From: a virus
Taxonomy: Duplodnaviria; Caudoviricetes
Length of the DNA: 28,823 bases
Strand: one strand, 5' to 3'
Virus record (IMG/VR): IMGVR_UViG_3300012232_000041
Span: 1 to 28,823 of that record
The notes below the pieces were generated by a model. The model was not told where the DNA came from. It saw only the letters and a list, made by a program, of their open reading frames with translations, and made no database searches. The position numbers were made by a program, and so were the translations under genes. Positions 1-8,140 of the stretch are shown here, one piece after another (position 1 is the stretch's first letter; every line of letters begins with the position of its first letter).

Positions 1-14
1 CAAGGAGCAGCCCA

Positions 15-272
15 ATGACCATCGACCTCGACAAGTACGACGACAACTTCGAATGGGACGGCACCACGTCTACCGCTAAGTGGTCCGATCTTTACAACGC
101 TGCCCAGCTCGCCGAGCAGATGGAAAGCATCGGCGCCAGTCTTGCGGCTCGCGGGCAGTACGAATCGGCCGCGTTCTGCGCGATGGCTTGCGAGGCTCTT
201 GTTGAGCTGCAAGCGTTGCGCGAGCGTGACGAGCTCGTGGCGCACATGAAAAGCCTTGGAGTGACGCCGTGA
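15..272 (+). CDS. hypothetical phage early protein (85 aa)
   Basis: AAGGAG RBS before the ATG; stop overlaps the next start (GTGA). Confidence 0.75.
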   Translation: MTIDLDKYDDNFEWDGTTSTAKWSDLYNAAQLAEQMESIGASLAARGQYESAAFCAMACEALVELQALRERDELVAHMKSLGVTP

Positions 273-433
273 AGCGCAGAACCCCGTCAGAGTTTAGCGA
301 TGCTGAGATTGACCGCCTTTGGGAGCACGGTGAGATTCCGCCCGTTGACACCGGCCGACGTGAGCGTGAGGACAACGAGGTTTTGTTGTGGGCTTTGCTG
401 ACTGGGTTAGTGAACGAGGGGGAAACGGAATGA
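269..433 (+). CDS. hypothetical protein (54 aa, MKRRTPSEFSDAEIDRLWEHG...), not in the ORF track
   Basis: Translated by hand; GTGA overlap upstream and ATGA overlap downstream; fills the gap exactly. Confidence 0.7.
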   Translation: MKRRTPSEFSDAEIDRLWEHGEIPPVDTGRREREDNEVLLWALLTGLVNEGETE

Positions 434-606
434 AACGCTTCGCCCTTTACGCTTTCTCTGCTGCTGCGCTGTTTGGATGGTTTGTGCTGTTCGGCCTAGC
501 GATAGTGGAAACGGTTCGGGAGGACGTCTGCTCGCATGTGACTAGCATCCCCTATGAGACTGGCGAGCGACCTTTGTGCGTGATTGTGGAGAGGATAGAA
601 CCATGA
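430..606 (+). CDS. small membrane protein (58 aa, one TM helix)
   Basis: ATG at 430 with GAGGGGG upstream and ATGA overlap; hydrophobic FALYAFSAAALFGWFVLFGLAIV. Confidence 0.7.
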   Translation: MKRFALYAFSAAALFGWFVLFGLAIVETVREDVCSHVTSIPYETGERPLCVIVERIEP

Positions 607-809
607 CCGAGCGCATCGCAGAATTCCTTGAGATCGAAGACGCTCAACTGTTCCTACGAGCCAAGGGGAAGGATAGCTACCACATTTGCGGCGGTATCAA
701 CCTTCCCTACGCCGTTCGCCCGAAGGAAGTCATAGCGATTTACCGGGGGCCGTATGAGCCGCCGGATTACCGCACCGTCGAGCCGAACGACCCGGACGAC
801 GAGCCATGA
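603..809 (+). CDS. hypothetical protein (68 aa)
   Basis: ATG at 603 overlaps the previous stop; GAGGA RBS. Confidence 0.7.
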   Translation: MTERIAEFLEIEDAQLFLRAKGKDSYHICGGINLPYAVRPKEVIAIYRGPYEPPDYRTVEPNDPDDEP

Positions 810-1000
810 AAACTGGCGTGGTCTCCTGCGGCCTATGGCAGCTCGAATTTGAAATCGACGGCTTGCGCCCTTTGCCGCTGGTCTACACGAGAGTCGGAGA
901 TTTCATGGCCCGTCAATTCATGCCCCCGGAAAAGGTACGCGAGGAGCTTTTCACTCGCGCTTTGAAGTACTGCACCGAACAACTTGAGGAAACCCCATGA
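806..1000 (+). CDS. hypothetical protein (64 aa)
   Basis: ATGA overlaps at both ends. Confidence 0.65.
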   Translation: MKTGVVSCGLWQLEFEIDGLRPLPLVYTRVGDFMARQFMPPEKVREELFTRALKYCTEQLEETP

Positions 1001-1938
1001 ACGAACCGAAACAAAACGTCATCACGGCCGAGGAAGTAGCCACCGCTCGAGCGGAGCGTAAAAGCCTGGTCGAGAAGTTCGCCAACAAGTACGGCATCGA
1101 GCCCAACAAGATGATGGCGACGCTCAAGGCCACGGCATTCAAGGGTGACGTGACGACCGAGCAGATGGCCGCTTTGTTGATCGTGGCCGATGCCCACAAC
1201 CTAAACCCCTGGACGCGCGAGATTTACGCCTTCCCCAGTCGCAACGGGATCGTGCCGATTGTCGGCGTAGACGGGTGGGCCAGAATCACGAATGAGCACC
1301 AGCAGTTCGACGGGATGGACTTCGAGCAGGACGACGAAAAGTGTACCTGCACCATCTACCGCAAGGACCGTAGTCACCCGACCAAGGTCACGGAGTACAT
1401 GGCGGAGTGCAAGCGCCAGACAGACCCCTGGACGACACATCCCAAGCGGATGCTGCGCCACAAGGCCATGATTCAGTGCGCCCGGCTTGCCTTTGCCTTC
1501 GCTGGCATTTTTGACCCGGACGAGGGCGAGCGAATCCTGGCCGCCGAGGCTATCGACGTAACCCCCGCCAAGATCGCCCCCAAGCGCCTACGGGAGCTTA
1601 TCGACGGGATGCTGGAATCGACTAAGGCAGCGGACGGCGACGCTCTGCGTTCCACATGGAACAGTTTGACCAGCGAGGAGCAGCTATTCGTTTGGGATCA
1701 CCTGCGGTCTTGGGAACGCTCTGGCATCAAAAAGCTGCTAGCCGACACTACACACTCGCTCCCACTAAGCGAGAGCCTAGACCCTTGGGCAGTGGAAGCG
1801 ATCAAGGCTAGCAAGGATTCGGAGTCCCTAAAGGCGACAAAACGACTGATAGAGGACGCTTACTCAGAAAGGGACTTGGAAGTTCCGGCAGACATCTCGG
1901 TATTCTGCCAGGATCGCCTCCAGGAGCTTGCTGGGTAG
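997..1938 (+). CDS. bet: single-strand annealing recombinase, lambda Bet/RecT family
   Basis: Motifs LNPWTREIYAFP, GIVPIVGVDGW, CTCTIYRKDRSHP and HPKRMLRHKAMIQCARLAF match lambda Red beta; GAGGA RBS. Confidence 0.95.
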   Translation: MNEPKQNVITAEEVATARAERKSLVEKFANKYGIEPNKMMATLKATAFKGDVTTEQMAALLIVADAHNLNPWTREIYAFPSRNGIVPIVGVDGWARITNEHQQFDGMDFEQDDEKCTCTIYRKDRSHPTKVTEYMAECKRQTDPWTTHPKRMLRHKAMIQCARLAFAFAGIFDPDEGERILAAEAIDVTPAKIAPKRLRELIDGMLESTKAADGDALRSTWNSLTSEEQLFVWDHLRSWERSGIKKLLADTTHSLPLSESLDPWAVEAIKASKDSESLKATKRLIEDAYSERDLEVPADISVFCQDRLQELAG

Positions 1939-1988
1939 CCTAGAAACGGTTATAAACGGTTCTGGCTACATGGATAAGGGGCGCGCCT

Positions 1989-2456
1989 TTGAAGTCCTCC
2001 ACGTGCCCAGAATGCGGGACTGCCTTTAGACACAGATCGAACAAAAAGTACTGCTCTAACCGATGCCGCTTTAAGGCATGGGCCGCGGGCCGGGTGGATC
2101 GTGATATTCAGCCTTGCTACTACTGCGGGATGCCAGCCGAATCGGTCGATCATGTTCCTCCGCGGTCGGTCCGACAGATCATCCTCCAAGAGGGAGCGCA
2201 AAATAGATGGCCATTCTGCGAAGTTCCTGCATGCCTAGAGTGCAACTGTTTTCTAGGGGCTCGTCCTCCATGGACACTAGTAGAACGAAAAGCGGTGGTG
2301 AAGCAAAAGATCAAACGGCGCTATGCGCGGTTCCTTGCCATCCCGAAGTGGACGGCGGAAGAACTGGAAAAGTATCCAAAAAGGGGCGTGCTCCGTGGCT
2401 ATATCGACGAAGGGCTCGTGCTCAGAGACGCAACAGAACAGCGGTTGAAATGGTGA
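1989..2456 (+). CDS. HNH endonuclease with N-terminal zinc ribbon
   Basis: CPECG...YCSNRC zinc ribbon, then CYYCG...VDHVPP...VPACLECN HNH-type core; TTG start with TAAGGG RBS. Confidence 0.85.
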   Translation: MKSSTCPECGTAFRHRSNKKYCSNRCRFKAWAAGRVDRDIQPCYYCGMPAESVDHVPPRSVRQIILQEGAQNRWPFCEVPACLECNCFLGARPPWTLVERKAVVKQKIKRRYARFLAIPKWTAEELEKYPKRGVLRGYIDEGLVLRDATEQRLKW

Positions 2457-2460
2457 CACC

Positions 2461-2622
2461 ATGAGCCGCCAAGCCCTGCTCTCGATCATCGCCGCCCTAG
2501 TGGTCTATTCCGGGTTTATGACCTGGCTCGACTTCCAGCAGGACCAGATGAACGACAAGCTGCTGACTATTACCCTGAACAACTGCTTGAGGCCCGCTGT
2601 GGGGCCGAGGACGGAAGCGTGA
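2461..2622 (+). CDS. small membrane protein (53 aa, MSRQALLSIIAALVVYSGFMTWL...), not in the ORF track
   Basis: Translated by hand; fills the gap and its stop overlaps the next GTG. Confidence 0.65.
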   Translation: MSRQALLSIIAALVVYSGFMTWLDFQQDQMNDKLLTITLNNCLRPAVGPRTEA

Positions 2623-2915
2623 GCGAACTCGCCGAGCTGCGGAAGGAGGTAGAGAGGCTGAAGGGTGGCAAGACTAGGACGTGGAGCAGATGTCTGTACT
2701 GCGATGCGTCGATTGCTGGCGATGACGCTCACGTAGCGATTCTGCACGATCCGTATTGCCCGCATGGGAAGTCGTTGCAGCAGTTAGCCGAGGCGAACAA
2801 GCGGCTAGACCAATGCCGCGAAACTCTCGTGCAAATCAAGTACGCCTCGCACGCCCACATGGCCGTGTCGATAGCAGAAAACGCTTTGGCAGCATGGGAG
2901 CACGGGACGCTATGA
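2619..2915 (+). CDS. hypothetical early protein with CxxC...HxxxC metal-binding motif and coiled coil
   Basis: CLYC...HDPYC; GTGA and ATGA overlaps. Confidence 0.75.
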   Translation: MSELAELRKEVERLKGGKTRTWSRCLYCDASIAGDDAHVAILHDPYCPHGKSLQQLAEANKRLDQCRETLVQIKYASHAHMAVSIAENALAAWEHGTL

Positions 2916-3043
2916 GCGACGAACTTAAAAAGGTGCCTACTTTCTCTGTGCATCTACATTGCACGACGTGCGGCGGTCGCGGAGTGTTCAACGGAGGGCC
3001 GTGCCACTGCATAACAGAAACCATCGCCGAGCTGCGGAAGGAG
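2629..3043 (+). repeat. 20-bp exact direct repeat TCGCCGAGCTGCGGAAGGAG (2629-2648 and 3024-3043)
   Basis: Read directly; encodes AELRKE in two adjacent genes. Confidence 0.9.
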
Positions 3044-3238
3044 AACGAGCGGCTGAGTGCGTCGCTGCAACTTGTCGCGCAAATGGGCGGATTGACTCTG
3101 CTAGGACCATCTGACGGCGATTACGACGGCTTAACTAATCGGCTTCCCGACCAGTATTGGGCACACGAGTTAGGTGCTGCTAGAGCGTTTAGCCAGGCGG
3201 CAGAGGTTGCCAAAGAAGCACTGAAGGATCGCCAATGA
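2912..3238 (+). CDS. hypothetical early protein (108 aa) with CxxCxGxG...CxC zinc motif and coiled coil
   Basis: ATG at 2912 overlaps the previous stop; CTTCGGRG...CHC. Confidence 0.75.
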   Translation: MSDELKKVPTFSVHLHCTTCGGRGVFNGGPCHCITETIAELRKENERLSASLQLVAQMGGLTLLGPSDGDYDGLTNRLPDQYWAHELGAARAFSQAAEVAKEALKDRQ

Positions 3239-3477
3239 CCCGCGTCGCCTACTACCGCCACCTAGCTAGATGCCTAGCTGCAATGGCTGCGAGAATGCGG
3301 TGGATGAAACAGGATATTTCCCACGAGCTGTGGGCTTCGCGAGCTCAAACCGCGTTCCACATGATGCGTTTGGCTTTGGACGGCAACGAGCCTGACTTAC
3401 TACCGCCCGACAATCTCGGCAAGCGGTTTAGAAGTTCTCCGCGTGCGGCTGATGATAGTAGTACTCATCGCCCGTAA
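3235..3477 (+). CDS. hypothetical protein (80 aa), last gene of the + strand operon
   Basis: AAGGA RBS and ATGA overlap. Confidence 0.6.
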   Translation: MTRVAYYRHLARCLAAMAARMRWMKQDISHELWASRAQTAFHMMRLALDGNEPDLLPPDNLGKRFRSSPRAADDSSTHRP

Positions 3478-3670
3478 TTCTTTCGATACCTTTGCGGAGT
3501 TTCTTCACCTGATCTTTGACGAGCTTCTCGAGCTGGGCGTGTTTCACCGAGTCAAGTCCGGCTGTGCTCACTCGAATCGCAATGTCGGCGCGAGTGTGCG
3601 TGTAGATTTTGATGGTCTTTTCGCCAGTGACTTCACCGGCACCGCCGCAAATGATGATGTCGTGGCTCAG
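3428..3670 (-). CDS. hypothetical protein (80 aa) with probable CTG start, not in the ORF track
   Basis: AGGAG, 6 nt, then CTG AGC CAC...; open for 80 codons to TAA with protein-like composition. Confidence 0.6.
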   Translation of the reverse strand: MSHDIIICGGAGEVTGEKTIKIYTHTRADIAIRVSTAGLDSVKHAQLEKLVKDQVKKLRKGIERITGDEYYYHQPHAENF

Positions 3671-3679
3671 ATTGAACTC

Positions 3680-4036
3680 CTATTCGTGATCGCCAGCCGT
3701 TTCAGTGTGGATTCCGTGAGACTTCACCGCAGAGCGTAGCAGCATCAAATCCTCTTGAGCTAGTCGTGATTCTCGCTCTGTCAAGTTCGACCGTTCCATT
3801 GCTCGGGATGATTGCTGCAAAGCCTCGTTGGCTATTCTAACCGCTTCGCGCGCGTCCTTCACGACGTACATAGCGACCACTGCTAGCACGAGCGCGGCAA
3901 TGCCAATCAGGAGCGCGACAATCCACCCGAACCGATCCCCGACGATAGACGCTTGAGCAGTAGGCGCCGTGTTGCTGCTGGAAATGTTGCCATTTGCCGG
4001 GTAAGACTTGCCGAGCTTACCAGGAGCGGAGGTCAT
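3680..4036 (-). CDS. single-TM coiled-coil membrane protein (lysis region; possibly i-spanin-like)
   Basis: TM WIVALLIGIAALVLAVVAMYVV followed by a helical heptad segment; ATGA overlap. Confidence 0.75.
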   Translation of the reverse strand: MTSAPGKLGKSYPANGNISSSNTAPTAQASIVGDRFGWIVALLIGIAALVLAVVAMYVVKDAREAVRIANEALQQSSRAMERSNLTERESRLAQEDLMLLRSAVKSHGIHTETAGDHE

Positions 4037-4362
4037 TTGAGTTTCAGCAGCAAGTTACAGTCAGGCGGGTTGTACCGACCGCCCGCTAGTCGCTGGTAAT
4101 CCTGCTGGAGCTCTCTAATCCGTTCTAGTATCGCCGGGTCGCCGGGATTCATGCATAGAGCAGAGTACGCAGCGTCCAGCCTCTGCTCGAAGCTCGACAA
4201 CTGCAAATCGACTACCGCGTCCTTAACGTCCGTGACCTCTGCCGATAGAGGATTGATCTCGAACAAGTACAAGTAACCTAGAAGGATCAAGGCTGCATAC
4301 CCCGATGCGGTGGTGAGGATTTTGGAATCCCACAAAAGTTTGAGTAAGGGGATGAGTCCCAC
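4033..4362 (-). CDS. single-TM membrane protein (lysis region)
   Basis: GGAGG RBS and GTG start; TM YAALILLGYLYLF; helical C-terminus with two Cys. Confidence 0.75.
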   Translation of the reverse strand: MGLIPLLKLLWDSKILTTASGYAALILLGYLYLFEINPLSAEVTDVKDAVVDLQLSSFEQRLDAAYSALCMNPGDPAILERIRELQQDYQRLAGGRYNPPDCNLLLKLK

Positions 4363-4389
4363 ATCGTGCCTCCGTGCATCAGATCGGAA

Positions 4390-4704
4390 CTACGCGGCCT
4401 TGCCAGCACGGATGCGCCCGAGAATGCCGAGAATGCCGCCGATCACCGTGCCTATGGCCGTCACCCACAATGAGAGATCCTCGGAGCCGATGCCGTACTT
4501 GGCCACTAGCGGCGTCAGGATCAAGATAGCTAGACCGGTATACGTTTGCGTGCCCTTCGGTAGCATAAGATCGTCCTCTTCAGTGATCGGAAGAGGCGGT
4601 ATGCCCTTCCTCTTTCTGCGTGCGTTCCGTGCTTCCTTCAATCGCCGCCAAGGGCGAATAGTCGTCCAAATCTTCCACCCAATGGTGAATGGATCAAGTT
4701 GCAT
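4390..4704 (-). CDS. putative holin (2 TM) with possible second start at 4566
   Basis: Two hydrophobic helices and basic C-terminus GRIRAGKAA; lies downstream of the endolysin. Confidence 0.6.
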   Translation of the reverse strand: MQLDPFTIGWKIWTTIRPWRRLKEARNARRKRKGIPPLPITEEDDLMLPKGTQTYTGLAILILTPLVAKYGIGSEDLSLWVTAIGTVIGGILGILGRIRAGKAA

Positions 4705-5125
4705 CTGGCAGCACTATCAAGTTCTTCGGTCCGCGCGGACGCACACCGACACCTGGCGGTTGCCAATTTCCCTGAATGTTGATGCCCTTGCAGACGATGT
4801 TGGATGTTTCTACGCTTTCGGTGCCGAACACATCGACCGAGGTCACGTAGTAATACCAGCCGCCGTTGAACTGGTTCAGTAGTTCGAACGTAGCGAGTTC
4901 CGGAGCGACGGTCTGATAGAACGTGAATGACCCAGGAGCAGGCGGCGTACCGCACGTCGTCGAAAGAGTGCGCGCCGCATAGATGCGCTGCTCGCCGAGA
5001 ATCATAAACGTGTCGTCGGTGTAGGTGGTCGCCGGTTCCCAGCCGAGTTTGGTTTTGCCCTTTGGGGACTGGGCGTGAGCGCCCGCTGCGACGAGCAGGA
5101 GCAGAGCTACTTGGATGCTGCGCAT
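4694..5125 (-). CDS. secreted fibronectin type III-like protein (143 aa)
   Basis: GGAGGAG RBS at ATG 5125; signal peptide MRSIQVALLLLVAAGAHA; FN3-like LGWEP...IY...WYYYVTSVD..G.ES...SN. Confidence 0.7.
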   Translation of the reverse strand: MRSIQVALLLLVAAGAHAQSPKGKTKLGWEPATTYTDDTFMILGEQRIYAARTLSTTCGTPPAPGSFTFYQTVAPELATFELLNQFNGGWYYYVTSVDVFGTESVETSNIVCKGINIQGNWQPPGVGVRPRGPKNLIVLPDAT

Positions 5126-5688
5126 ATCTCCTCCCACCCGCACTCGGCTAGGGCTCGTTGTTCGGACGCCTTGTAGGATTCTGTGGCGGCCTTGGAAGCC
5201 TCGGTCTGTGCCCTGATCGTTTCGAGTCGAAGCGTCGCCATACGCTCTTGGTGGGCTCTGGTGGCTTGTACGTCGGCAATACATTGCTCATCCCGTTCCA
5301 GCACAGCAGAGAGCTGGACGAGACCGAACACCCAGCCTTGAGCCCGTTTAAGGCCCTTGCCGGGTACGTAGCACTCCGGAGTCGCTCCGTAGGGTATGGG
5401 CGCCTCATTGCCGAACGCGAGCCCTAGAGAGTCGGTGGATTCGTACAGGTTCGCGCTGCTCTGCCCGCCACCGGAGTTTGCGGTCATGATCGGATTCGCA
5501 TTGGCGCTCGAGCTCGAAGCCGACAGCGCGTCAACCGTGGTGCTAGGAATGTTTTCACCAGTCTTCGGTGTAGTGGGAATGCCCGGTCTGTCAGTCGCAA
5601 ACGCAGGCAAGCCTGAAGCGACGAGTACCAGCACAAACAGCACTCCGCACAGCCAGTACAGGCACTTGTCTTTGGTTAATTGCGTCAC
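5107..5688 (-). CDS. exported or membrane-anchored protein (193 aa) with C-terminal coiled coil
   Basis: GTG at 5688 overlaps the endolysin stop; hydrophobic N-terminus ending AFA; Ser/Thr-rich linker. Confidence 0.75.
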   Translation of the reverse strand: MTQLTKDKCLYWLCGVLFVLVLVASGLPAFATDRPGIPTTPKTGENIPSTTVDALSASSSSANANPIMTANSGGGQSSANLYESTDSLGLAFGNEAPIPYGATPECYVPGKGLKRAQGWVFGLVQLSAVLERDEQCIADVQATRAHQERMATLRLETIRAQTEASKAATESYKASEQRALAECGWEEICAASK

Positions 5689-6158
5689 GCTGCACTCCAA
5701 GGTGTGTACACGGTTTGCCCTGACTCTCTTGAGGCTACCAAAAGCGAGCGTGCAGGGACAGAGATATTCGGTGCTAACGATACGTGTATCCACTGCCCGT
5801 ATTCGTAAATGATCTTCGCAACGGGTAGTGAACTTGCCAGACCACGCACTATTTTGGCCGTGTGCTCGATGGGATGGTCTAGCGCAATGAAGTCTGCCGC
5901 CATGCCTCTAAGGTGGTCACTATTCGGCGCTCCACCGATGGCGAGATTGACCGCTTGGGGTCTAAATCCAGAGCTTATGTAAAGAGGACCGAGCGACGCG
6001 CGCAACGGTTCGAGGACTTCACCGCACAGATTCGCGAGGTTTCCAATCACACTCGCCGGTGGCGTCATGTCGATTCCATTCCGCGCGGCGTACTCCGAGC
6101 GCGTGAACTCGTGCAGGCGGAAGTGTTCGCTCAGTTTGATGGAGATTTGCTGGCTCAT
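5685..6158 (-). CDS. endolysin, peptidase M15A family zinc peptidase
   Basis: LSEHFRLHEF, SSGFRP..VN..IGGA.NS.H..G.AADF and EY..WIHVS motifs; ATG at 6158 overlaps the tailspike stop. Confidence 0.9.
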   Translation of the reverse strand: MSQQISIKLSEHFRLHEFTRSEYAARNGIDMTPPASVIGNLANLCGEVLEPLRASLGPLYISSGFRPQAVNLAIGGAPNSDHLRGMAADFIALDHPIEHTAKIVRGLASSLPVAKIIYEYGQWIHVSLAPNISVPARSLLVASRESGQTVYTPWSAA

Positions 6159-8140
6159 GCTGCGAGGATAGCCATTGCTTTCCACGTTCCGGGCGTTCCG
6201 CTAGTCGTGCAAACATACCCCGGCTCAAACCCTGCTCCGGGAGTCGTTCTCCAAACGATATCGCCCTGTATCCAATCTCCAGCAACCGGAGCCGCCGACA
6301 ATCGAGCCGTGACGTACGTTCCGTCCGACTCGTAAACCTCGGGAGCGCCTTGGTTGAAATTCCCCCTAGCGGAAAACTTGTGATACTGCGCAAGCGTTAG
6401 AAACGTCCCGCCGTTACCCGAGATCACATTGCCGAAGAACGAAGCATCGGTGACGGTTCCGCTTTCGTTCAAGAAGGCTGAAGCCCCGCGTTGAATGTTC
6501 CCCGTGAAACACGTCCTATCAAGCGTTCCAGAGACCTCGCAGAAGTAGTACCCGTTTGAAGCTCCTGAGAAGGTGAACGTGTTCCCAGAGATTACAAGGT
6601 CGGTGTTCGTCCCCTCGACGCGAACAAACCCACCTTGACCGTATTCTGCCGCTGATGCCTCGGTCTCTCTCGCCACATTCCCCGTGATAGACCCGTCTAC
6701 GATATCTTGTAGCCGTATTGCACACGCGGCCAACATGCCGCTCGCCTCTTCGTCGTTGTTGTTGTGTAGCACGTTCCCCGTGACTGTCAGACCCGAGATA
6801 TCGGTCAGATACATTCCGTTACTGAAACAGTCCTTCACCGTGTTCCCCGTAACCGTCAATCCCTCGACCTGATCGCACCGAATGCCGTTGTAGGTTGTGC
6901 AGTCGGTAATGACGTTCCCAGAGATCGTGATGTGCTTGTTAGTAACCTCGCCGGCGCCAACGTCAGAAAAGACGTGAATCGCCGCGCCTCCACGGATAGT
7001 CTTATAGGTGTTGTTGTTGAATACCCCATGAGTGCAGGTTCGCAGATAGGTGGCATGGTAGAGATTGGTCGCTCCTGAAGTCGCCCCAACGCTTTCAAAG
7101 TGGTTGTTGCTGATATCCACCTCGTCCGCATAAGCAACAATTACGCCCCCTTCGATATCCGCCCCGCCGTTGTCGTTGAACGTGCAACCTGTTACTGACA
7201 CTTTCTCGGAGTATCCCTTGGCCACCGACTCGCCAACGTAGACCCCAATCCCGCCCAAGTCTTGAAACGTGCAGTCCCGGACCTTGACGTTGATTCCGCG
7301 ATCAATCTCCACGGCTCGGAATACCGCCGTGAACCGACAACGCTCGATAGTGATATTCGTCGAAACATCCCCTGTGTCCGCATCAAGCCAGATACACCGA
7401 TTCGACGAGCCGACACTCGAGGCTTCCATCCCGAGGTCTTTGATGAGGATATTGGAAAGCCCTACAGCATTGTCTGATAGAGCCGAGAAAGTGTTAGCGG
7501 TCGCTTTGATTTTCGACGTGTGATAGCCCTCGCCACGAATCGTGAGATTGCTTTTCAGCTCGACCTGAGACGCTACTGCAAGCGTGCCGAAGATACCGAA
7601 CACCTCAGCGTTCGAGTCGATGGCATCCTGTAAGGCATCGGCATCATCCGTCGAGCCATCAAGAGCGGCACCGTATCGCCGCACATCCCCCGCCTGATAG
7701 ATATAGGCGGTTGGTTCAACGCTGGCGGCTGTTTCTGCGGCCGTGATCGGAAAGTAAGGCTCGAGCAACAGCGCATCGTCGAAGTCCGTCATCGGCTCGT
7801 ACGTGCGATTGTTCTTGACCTTCCACGTCGTAGCATTACGGACTTGAGTGCTCAGCCCGGTGTCGAGCTCCACCATGAGCTGGCGGGTTTCGTAGTCGTT
7901 CGCGTTGGCAATGATTCCGTTACGAGTGCCGGGGATTTCAAACACCGCAGAATTAGCAGCCCCTACGCTCGTCCAGTTGATGACGTTGCGACCGTTGGTC
8001 AGGCAGTCCACGCGATAACGAATGGTGCTAGGAGTGCTCGCAGAGGAGGTGGCTCGGTCGCGAAACCACGCATTGATCGTCGTACCCGAGCAAGCGTCTA
8101 CGAGTGGTAGTTCAGCTACGAGTGCGACTTGATCGGCCAT
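6155..8140 (-). CDS. tailspike / depolymerase 2, right-handed beta-helix (661 aa)
   Basis: DVRRYGA...DD..ALQDAID helix cap; repeated ITISGN/LTVTGN coils; C-terminal GDW.QGDIVW...GYVCTTSGTPGTWK motif common in tailspikes. Confidence 0.88.
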   Translation of the reverse strand: MADQVALVAELPLVDACSGTTINAWFRDRATSSASTPSTIRYRVDCLTNGRNVINWTSVGAANSAVFEIPGTRNGIIANANDYETRQLMVELDTGLSTQVRNATTWKVKNNRTYEPMTDFDDALLLEPYFPITAAETAASVEPTAYIYQAGDVRRYGAALDGSTDDADALQDAIDSNAEVFGIFGTLAVASQVELKSNLTIRGEGYHTSKIKATANTFSALSDNAVGLSNILIKDLGMEASSVGSSNRCIWLDADTGDVSTNITIERCRFTAVFRAVEIDRGINVKVRDCTFQDLGGIGVYVGESVAKGYSEKVSVTGCTFNDNGGADIEGGVIVAYADEVDISNNHFESVGATSGATNLYHATYLRTCTHGVFNNNTYKTIRGGAAIHVFSDVGAGEVTNKHITISGNVITDCTTYNGIRCDQVEGLTVTGNTVKDCFSNGMYLTDISGLTVTGNVLHNNNDEEASGMLAACAIRLQDIVDGSITGNVARETEASAAEYGQGGFVRVEGTNTDLVISGNTFTFSGASNGYYFCEVSGTLDRTCFTGNIQRGASAFLNESGTVTDASFFGNVISGNGGTFLTLAQYHKFSARGNFNQGAPEVYESDGTYVTARLSAAPVAGDWIQGDIVWRTTPGAGFEPGYVCTTSGTPGTWKAMAILAA

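Noticed and set aside
3400-3700. Bidirectional rho-independent terminator at the operon convergence
   Set aside because: No GC-rich hairpin with a U-tract found; the region appears to be coding on both strands
3443-3739. 98-aa + strand ORF
   Set aside because: Antisense shadow of the CTG-start gene; no RBS
5148-5408. Pro-rich frame-shifted ORF inside the exported-protein gene, resembling an embedded Rz1 o-spanin (LKAGC)
   Set aside because: No hydrophobic h-region before the Cys; Pro/Arg richness is expected from a shifted Ala/Thr-rich frame
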